From contig JBBTAG010000061.1 in NCBI GenBank assembly GCA_038044345.1, positions 1 to 33,977 on the forward strand: a stretch of 33,977 nt of DNA. Direction: 5' to 3'. A program made the position numbers and the translations under genes. Of this stretch, positions 24,325-31,280 are shown in pieces. Every line of letters begins with the position of its first letter. The first letter of the stretch is position 1. Source of the stretch: Nanobdellota archaeon (GTDB lineage Archaea > Nanobdellota > Nanobdellia > Pacearchaeales > GW2011-AR1). Under the pieces are notes generated by a model, which was not told the origin of the DNA, made no database searches, and was given only the letters and a program-made list of their open reading frames with translations.

Positions 24325-25266
24325 TTAAGAACAGGTTGCGACGTTGTATATGATTTTATGTGCATCATCTAAAAGCAAGTTAGCTGGGGCATTTGTTCCA
24401 CTTACTGTGCAAAATGTCGCTGGATTTGTCAAATCAAAATAAATATGATCCACCATAGGTCTTCCCACATAGACGGTTAAGCCTTGCGAGTTAAAGGTGT
24501 TTATGTTGACTAAGGATTCAACACCATATGGACTTTCTGCCGCTAAGTTGCCTTTAAGTCTGTCTATAAAACTAGGCGCTTCGGTTGATGCAATGTAATA
24601 TGAGTTTTCTAAATGAAGAGAGAGGTTTTTCAAATCGGTATTGGAGAGAGTATATGGGGATTTGGAATACTTATTTGGAATTTTTCCTGCTGTGTTAAGG
24701 AGGTAAACTGGATCTTCAAATCTTTCTATTGGTATGTATGCTTTGACTATCAGAGTTTTATTCCAATAGGCGAGATTTGATTTGTCACTCATTGTTAAAT
24801 TAGCTGTCAATATAATTGCAATGTTCCAGGGATCTTCCTGAGTCATGTTCAGTTTGGCACCTGTTATGTTTATTTCAATATTCATTTGCTTAGCATCTGT
24901 TTGCGTCGAGCTTAGAAAGTCAGAGAATTTTATTCCATCATATACATTGCCTTGGCTTTGAGAGTAAAGGGTTCCATTGAAAAAACCTTCTGATGCGAGT
25001 TCCTCCGGGTTTTCAATGTATCTTTTTGAATCAACTACTTTTTTTTCAAATAGAAATATTGTTCTGAATGTTGAGACATACATCTGTCTTTCTAGGTCTT
25101 TTTCAACGGATGAGAGGAAAGAATTCATTGTAGAAACTCTTTTTTGAACCGATTGTCTGTATTCTGCCTGCAAGTAAAAGGTTGATGACACTAATAATAG
25201 GGATAGTAACATAATTACTATTATTGTGAAGAAAAATCCTTTTTTGTTCTTGATGTTTAAGACCAT
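24325..25266 (-). CDS. pilin-like protein (minor pilin candidate), class III signal peptide
   Basis: MVLNIKNKKG|FFFTIIVIMLLSLLLV. 10-nt overlap with the upstream gene. Confidence 0.65.
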   Translation of the reverse strand: MVLNIKNKKGFFFTIIVIMLLSLLLVSSTFYLQAEYRQSVQKRVSTMNSFLSSVEKDLERQMYVSTFRTIFLFEKKVVDSKRYIENPEELASEGFFNGTLYSQSQGNVYDGIKFSDFLSSTQTDAKQMNIEINITGAKLNMTQEDPWNIAIILTANLTMSDKSNLAYWNKTLIVKAYIPIERFEDPVYLLNTAGKIPNKYSKSPYTLSNTDLKNLSLHLENSYYIASTEAPSFIDRLKGNLAAESPYGVESLVNINTFNSQGLTVYVGRPMVDHIYFDLTNPATFCTVSGTNAPANLLLDDAHKIIYNVATCS

Positions 25267-27893
25267 GTTCTTATTTGAATATCTAATTTTGTTAAAAATG
25301 GTATTCCAGAAATAGATGTGGTTTCTGCTCCTAGATTGTCTTCTGTAATTTTTGAATCTATCTTTCCATCACCATCGAAATCAAGTATGGATAGAAGATC
25401 GTAGGCTGCCTGCTGCAATGCGTCATTCGGATCGCAATTCGGAATGTTACAGCCAGTGTTTGAATACTTGCAGTTATTTGAACCAGAGTAGGACGCTGGG
25501 ATTTTCAGCGTTGAGGAAGTATCATCAGAGAAAGAAATACTCCAGTTGCATCCTTCTGCTGAAGCTACAATTGTTGTATTGTATGAGGAAATATTCTTTA
25601 TTATAGTGTAAATTATTTTATTGTACTCAGAACCCGATGAAGTGTTTGTTGCAGAGACACCAGTTGTCAATGTGATATTGTTTGTGCCTAATGAGTTCAA
25701 TGCTGAAACTGGAATATTTATTGAATATGGGTCTCCAAGTGTTGAGAAGTCTGAGCCATACTCGCTAAGATTATATATTGGAACTTCGTTTGCGCTTACA
25801 ACGGAAGTCCATCTTGGGCCTGAATATGATGCGACTTTAGCATCCAATATTTGTGAATTTGGTGGAATAGTAAAGTTACCGTTTGTAGAATTGGCGAACT
25901 TTTTCTCTGTATTTAAAATTAATCCGTATGGATTTGGTTCGTTAACAATTCCAAATTGTATATATGAGTCAGAGTATAACTCTGTAGAAATTTCAGAACC
26001 CGCTATGGCTGTTTGTTCACGATATGTTACTTTTAAAATATAGGACGATATATTTTTATAAATATTTTCTAATTCTTCGACATTTGAGCTGTGGTAATAT
26101 TTGCCTCCGGTCATATTTGCAATTTCTTCTAGAAGTTGACTTGCTTTATTGCAGTTTCCTACTAATCCGAAACCAATTGTGAAAATTGTAATGTCTTGGT
26201 CTCTTTTTGAACGATTAGCTGAATAAATGGCGTTGTTAATAGGATCTAAGCACTTATCATCATTACATCCCTCATAAACGCACGAACCGCCACCACCCTG
26301 AAAATCACAGTATCCATCGCAACTTTTTGTTCCGTATATGCTAGAATTACTTGTGCAGGAACCATCGGCACAATGAGTTGGGAGTCCATCAGTCATTAAA
26401 ACTATGAATTTTCTTTTTGGTGTGCTTGGAATTGTACTTGAATTTAAAATATCATATCCTCTATTGATTGCGCAGGCAAGACAGGTTTTTTCTTTTCCTT
26501 GTTGAGTATAACTATCTATTGCAGTTATAATAGATGTTGGATCACTTGGATTTACAATACTTGATTCAATCTTATCATCGAATATCCATATTGGCCAGAG
26601 TCTTGGACCGGTGACATTAAATATAGAATTTACAAATGTTTTATCCAGGCATTTGGCCAGAGAGGTTTTCCTGGCGTCTGGATTTAAGGCTAAGTTATTA
26701 CAATCTATAGCGGCACTACCTTGAGATGTATCATCATTTATTGCCTTCTTCATACTACCAGACCAATCTGTGACCAGAACTATGTCTGCATCACTTGATG
26801 ATGTTTTTCCAAATGCATCTAAAAATAATCTTATTGGAATTGTCTTTTTGTTTAAATCGGTGTAATCAATCAATGGACTTATGTCACTATTTGGAATTGT
26901 CAAAACTGTTTCTCCAATATGCGTTTGATTAAAAATTGTAGTGTTGCCTATCTTTAGAACCAATGGGAGGGATACTGAGCTATTATAATGGATATATGCG
27001 TCTATAGTGTTTAGTTCAGTTGGAATATAGAAGCCGTCGTAAATATTAATTATCCCCCTTATTCCTGAAAAATATTTTTTATTTTCAATTTCATAAATGC
27101 TTGTGCTGTTGAAGTTTATTTTAATGAACCCTCCGCTGATACGCAGCTTTTCTCCATTTATTCCTCTTAATGAAACTAAATTGTTTCCTGAATGAAAATC
27201 TGTTGTAGGTATGCTATATTTTATTGGTTGAAATTCTGATACTGATTTTTCGTAATTGCCTTGAAGGACTTCATTAACATAGATTGAGAAATTTATGTTT
27301 GTTGCTATCTCAACTTCTGCCAATTGGATATTACCTATGTAGTTTATAGGCGCGGTTATATTTCCATCTCCAGTATATCCTCCAAAGAAATAATATTTTG
27401 TTTGGCTATTGCTTGATAAAAATGCTCTTGCTGAATGACCAGAAACATTTTCACCTTCTCCTCTGATAGCAGTTATTTTTTGCCTTGTAACATCAACATT
27501 TTTAGATTCTTCAAGGGATGTTACGTTTTTTGAAGCTAACAATGTGTTTCCGAACCAAATGCCTATATTTTTATTGCTTGGGACATCGATTAGCATTATT
27601 TGAGACAGAATTATTGCTTTTGTTCTATTTGTATAATAGAATTCTCCAATTTGTTCTATGACTGGTTTATTTAAGTTGACAATTGCTCCTTCCGCTATCC
27701 ACTCTTGGACTTGCAAATTGTTAACTTCTCCTATCTTCAAGTTAGACATAGTTATTAGGAGGTCATAATGAATCTTATTTGTGGGCTTTTGATAGTTTAT
27801 TACCGGGACTGCGATTATTAAAAGAGCGAGGATTATAGTCAAGGCTATTATTGCGTCAATCGTGAAAAAAATTCCCTTCTTTTTTATTTCCAT
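25257..27893 (-). CDS. large pilin-like vWA-domain protein (putative tip adhesin)
   Basis: MEIKKKG|IFFTIDAIIALTIILALLI class III signal. MIDAS DWSGS in DIVLVTDWSGSM, then LMTDG and IFTIGFG. Cys-rich insert between them. Confidence 0.8.
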   Translation of the reverse strand: MEIKKKGIFFTIDAIIALTIILALLIIAVPVINYQKPTNKIHYDLLITMSNLKIGEVNNLQVQEWIAEGAIVNLNKPVIEQIGEFYYTNRTKAIILSQIMLIDVPSNKNIGIWFGNTLLASKNVTSLEESKNVDVTRQKITAIRGEGENVSGHSARAFLSSNSQTKYYFFGGYTGDGNITAPINYIGNIQLAEVEIATNINFSIYVNEVLQGNYEKSVSEFQPIKYSIPTTDFHSGNNLVSLRGINGEKLRISGGFIKINFNSTSIYEIENKKYFSGIRGIINIYDGFYIPTELNTIDAYIHYNSSVSLPLVLKIGNTTIFNQTHIGETVLTIPNSDISPLIDYTDLNKKTIPIRLFLDAFGKTSSSDADIVLVTDWSGSMKKAINDDTSQGSAAIDCNNLALNPDARKTSLAKCLDKTFVNSIFNVTGPRLWPIWIFDDKIESSIVNPSDPTSIITAIDSYTQQGKEKTCLACAINRGYDILNSSTIPSTPKRKFIVLMTDGLPTHCADGSCTSNSSIYGTKSCDGYCDFQGGGGSCVYEGCNDDKCLDPINNAIYSANRSKRDQDITIFTIGFGLVGNCNKASQLLEEIANMTGGKYYHSSNVEELENIYKNISSYILKVTYREQTAIAGSEISTELYSDSYIQFGIVNEPNPYGLILNTEKKFANSTNGNFTIPPNSQILDAKVASYSGPRWTSVVSANEVPIYNLSEYGSDFSTLGDPYSINIPVSALNSLGTNNITLTTGVSATNTSSGSEYNKIIYTIIKNISSYNTTIVASAEGCNWSISFSDDTSSTLKIPASYSGSNNCKYSNTGCNIPNCDPNDALQQAAYDLLSILDFDGDGKIDSKITEDNLGAETTSISGIPFLTKLDIQIRTWS

Positions 27894-28360
27894 ATGTATA
27901 TGTTTAACATTGATGATTTATTTTTGTAAATTACCATTCTTGATATGAAGAAAAGATTGTTTGGGTCATTGTATTGTTTGCCCATACAGTATGGCAAGCT
28001 TGCTGGCATGGAATCTGAAAAATTGAAACAAAAATCGTATTTTGTGTGCATAAGTGAACGCTGTTCTTCATAATTTATGATGCTTAAGTTTTTTAATTTG
28101 TCCTCATCTATTTTGTTATTCGACAAAATTCCAGGCACTATGACATCATCCTTATTCCAGTTTTTGGGATAACCTTCTGAAAGAAGGATATCAGCAACGG
28201 CATTTCCATCGTATTGCATTGCATTTAAAATATCTTCACTTTCTGCTTTATAGTTTATTGAATAAAAAAAGAGAAGTGAAAGTGCTGCTACAAAGATAAC
28301 TATTCCTATCATTAAATCAAATGACCAGGCTTGTCCATTCTTCCTTTTATTTTTTACCAT
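27884..28360 (-). CDS. pilin-like protein (minor pilin candidate), class III signal peptide
   Basis: MVKNKRKNG|QAWSFDLMIGIVIFVAAL. 10-nt overlap with the downstream vWA gene. Confidence 0.6.
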   Translation of the reverse strand: MVKNKRKNGQAWSFDLMIGIVIFVAALSLLFFYSINYKAESEDILNAMQYDGNAVADILLSEGYPKNWNKDDVIVPGILSNNKIDEDKLKNLSIINYEEQRSLMHTKYDFCFNFSDSMPASLPYCMGKQYNDPNNLFFISRMVIYKNKSSMLNIYIWK

Positions 28361-28432
28361 TCTCTCTTTTAATTTTTAGATATAAGAATACAATCTTGAT
28401 ATTATTTAAATCTCTCTGTAAGGCTTGGAAAA

Positions 28433-29152
28433 TTAAGATTTTGGTAAACTTGAGGAGCTTTTTGAAATAGTTATTCCTTTATTTCCAATGTCTAATTTAT
28501 ATATTTTGTCTGAATGATTTGTCCCGCGCATTTTCAATATTTCGATAAAGCGTTCTCTTTTGTCTTTGTTTCTTAAAAAATAAATTTGAATGATTGAATC
28601 TGATTCAAATTCAATTGCCTTTGTCTGCGCCTTATCGCTAAGACTTTCTTCCGAAGGATTTAATTCTAATGTTAGAAGGGAGGTGCAATTCCATTTTCTA
28701 ATCATATTGAATAGATTTAGGGCAGCTTCCCTTTTTGTCAATTCGTCTTCAAAAAGAAGGGCAAACGAAGTTATGCTGTCAATTACTAAACGGGATATTT
28801 TTTTGCTGATAATTGTGGTTTCAATTGAACCTCCGCCTTCTTCAAGCATTGTTTTAACTTTGGCCGGGGCGTATTCTAAAAATGTAAAAAGACCTTTTTT
28901 TTCATAATCTGCGAGATCCCAGCCGAACTCCAGCATGTGCTGATAAAATTGCTGTTTATTTTCTTCAAAAGTAACAAGGAGACATTTTTCTTTTCTTTTC
29001 ATGCAATTGACGAGAAACTGAGTTGCAAATATAGTTTTTCCAGAACCCGGGCCGCCGACAATGAGATTGGTTGAACTATTTTCAAAACCGCCTTCAACTA
29101 GTTTGTCAAAATTAGAGATTCCGAATGGGACTCTATTTTTTAGTTTATGCAT
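28433..29152 (-). CDS. KaiC/RecA-superfamily ATPase (ArlH/FlaH-like)
   Basis: Walker A GGPGSGKT, Walker B-like RLVIDSI, single KaiC-like domain. The ATG at 29152 is 21 nt from a TATA-like box at 29174-29181 (track start 29173 is TTG). Confidence 0.75.
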   Translation of the reverse strand: MHKLKNRVPFGISNFDKLVEGGFENSSTNLIVGGPGSGKTIFATQFLVNCMKRKEKCLLVTFEENKQQFYQHMLEFGWDLADYEKKGLFTFLEYAPAKVKTMLEEGGGSIETTIISKKISRLVIDSITSFALLFEDELTKREAALNLFNMIRKWNCTSLLTLELNPSEESLSDKAQTKAIEFESDSIIQIYFLRNKDKRERFIEILKMRGTNHSDKIYKLDIGNKGITISKSSSSLPKS

Positions 29153-29218
29153 ATGTTTATTTGTAAAAAGCAATATAAAAATCTATCTACGAAAGATTTT
29201 TTTTCATTTATCGTTATA

Positions 29219-29239
29219 CCCTATGGTCTTGCCATAGGG
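29219..29239. repeat. hairpin ccctatgg-tcttg-ccataggg (8-bp perfect stem)
   Basis: Read directly. Shares the 9-nt core ggtcttgcc with 29346-29366. Confidence 0.85.
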
Positions 29240-29345
29240 AGAAAGCCAGGCAGGATTACAATTGGAAGTAAAATAATTATCTAATGTATGATAAGGCTAA
29301 GTTGTTGCAGGAGATAATGAATGTATTGGATTTCGTCTAAAGATG

Positions 29346-29366
29346 CCACTAGGTCTTGCCTCGTGG
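29346..29366. repeat. hairpin ccactagg-tcttg-cctcgtgg (7 of 8 bp)
   Basis: Same loop and closing pairs as 29219-29239. Three stem positions are changed on both arms so that pairing is kept. Confidence 0.8.
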
Positions 29367-29379
29367 AGCTTCACAAAAA

Positions 29380-30390
29380 CTAAGAAAATAATGTTAATAC
29401 AAATTTTGACAGAATTAATTGAATTAGGAAAAATATGCTTATGCTTATTATTGCTACTGGAATTATATAATTGATTCCGCTTTTTTCTTCACCTTTGTTT
29501 ACAATACCTATTACCAGTGAAGACAGTACAGAGATTACTATTAAGTATATGACAGCAAAATAATTTATAAATGCTGTTGTGATGTTTATCTTTCCCATTG
29601 TAAATGGAAGATTGGCTGTGGCGGTAGTGTCAATTTCAGGCACACTTGACATGATGGTGGTTATCGTTTTTACTAAAATAGAAGAAAGACCGAATAGAAC
29701 TGGTGCGCCGACGGCAACTGCAAAAAATACAAAGATAACGTACATTAAGACATTGGAAGCTGCTCTTTTTTCAACGAATGCTCTTTCTCGCATGTTCATT
29801 GCTGTTTCTTCCAGAAGCACGGATAAATTGCCTCCAGAAGCGATGCCTGTAATTATAAGTGCGAGCGTCTTCTTTATTTTTTCTGATTTTATGCGTTCAC
29901 CCATTTCATATAATGCAAGGGTTATTTCCTTTCCAGTCATAATATCTTTGCCTAGACGCAGAATTTCTTCATCGAGTGGAGCAAATTCTTTTCTTGAGCT
30001 GACTAAGAGTGCCTTGTCGATGGTCATGCCAGCTCTTAAATTGGCTGCCATAAGTTCGACGAAATCTGGAAAGACATCTTCTATTTTTTTTATGCGCTGG
30101 GTTGCACGATATTTTTCTCTATAAATTATATAGGCGTTTGTTGATATTAAAACTGCGACTAATATTAAGAGTGATGAGATTATCTTTTGTGTAATAATAT
30201 AGTTCAATGCGGCAAGGAATATTGAGATGCCTATTAGCAGTATGCTTATCAGTAATCTCTTCTTTTTCTTTTTTACAGCGTCTGGCAAATGAGTAGTTTT
30301 AATTTCCTGCTTTTTCTTCTCCAGCAATTCTTTTTCTTTTCTAACTCTACTTTCCAATTCTTCTTTTTTTAATTGTGCTTTTGTTTTCAT
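29380..30390 (-). CDS. T2SSF-domain pilus platform protein (TadC/ArlJ C-half-like)
   Basis: FPDFVELMAANLRAGMTIDKAL T2SSF signature, polytopic. ATGA overlap with the upstream gene. Confidence 0.75.
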   Translation of the reverse strand: MKTKAQLKKEELESRVRKEKELLEKKKQEIKTTHLPDAVKKKKKRLLISILLIGISIFLAALNYIITQKIISSLLILVAVLISTNAYIIYREKYRATQRIKKIEDVFPDFVELMAANLRAGMTIDKALLVSSRKEFAPLDEEILRLGKDIMTGKEITLALYEMGERIKSEKIKKTLALIITGIASGGNLSVLLEETAMNMRERAFVEKRAASNVLMYVIFVFFAVAVGAPVLFGLSSILVKTITTIMSSVPEIDTTATANLPFTMGKINITTAFINYFAVIYLIVISVLSSLVIGIVNKGEEKSGINYIIPVAIISISIFFLIQLILSKFVLTLFS

Positions 30391-31280
30391 AGTAAGCTAG
30401 GCCTCAATGATTTCATTATGCCAAGGAACATTATTTGTATAAAAACCACGAAAAGAAAGACGGCTGCAAACATTAATTTTGAGGTTGCAGCTGAAAGACT
30501 TACCATCGATGCAATGACTGTCAAAAAAGTTATGCTTAACGCAGGGATGATTACTGCCATAAGCATGTAAAACATGAATAAAGGGTTTAATCTATTTCCA
30601 TAAGTTTGCATTTGAAGAAGTTGATCTTGTCTAAGAGATTTAATGCTTTCTCTTATAATTGTTGCAATGTTGCTTCCTGCACGCATACCATTACTTATTT
30701 GCCAAAGTGTTCTTCTGAAGAAAATAGAAGGATTTTTATCACCTATGTCTTCTAGAACTTCTTCTTGGGCGTAACCAGCGTTTATGTTTTTAACCGCTTT
30801 TTTAAATTCTAGACTTAATGATTCATAATCGGCAGCAGAAATGTTTACCATAATGTTGAAGAGGGGAATACCTGAATTTAATTGAACTAACATATCTTCA
30901 AGTCCAGGAATTAGGTTTTTTTCTATGTTTCTTTGCTTTCTTGAACTATAAAGTCTAGGATAATTTACTTGTGTGGAGTAAACAAAAATTCCAAAAATAA
31001 GGGAAATTAGAAAACTAATACCAATCATTCCAAGGAAAGCAGCATTTGGCACTGCTATTAATAGAATTGTACTTAGAACTATGAAAAGGGATGTGAAGTA
31101 TCCTAGAGCATATTTGAAACAGATGGAGATATATTCCTCTCTTGTAAGGTCAAGATCAGAATTTATCAAATATGCATTAAGTTTAGTGTCGCTTTTTGGT
31201 TTTAGAGGCAATCTTAAAAATTTTGTTCTCGTCTTTATTTTTTCTATATCTGAAAATGTAAATGGTATTTTGAATTTCAT
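30387..31280 (-). CDS. T2SSF-domain pilus platform protein (TadB/ArlJ N-half-like)
   Basis: LEDMLVQLNSGIPLFNIM... single T2SSF domain, polytopic. ATGA overlap with the ATPase gene. Confidence 0.75.
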   Translation of the reverse strand: MKFKIPFTFSDIEKIKTRTKFLRLPLKPKSDTKLNAYLINSDLDLTREEYISICFKYALGYFTSLFIVLSTILLIAVPNAAFLGMIGISFLISLIFGIFVYSTQVNYPRLYSSRKQRNIEKNLIPGLEDMLVQLNSGIPLFNIMVNISAADYESLSLEFKKAVKNINAGYAQEEVLEDIGDKNPSIFFRRTLWQISNGMRAGSNIATIIRESIKSLRQDQLLQMQTYGNRLNPLFMFYMLMAVIIPALSITFLTVIASMVSLSAATSKLMFAAVFLFVVFIQIMFLGIMKSLRPSLL

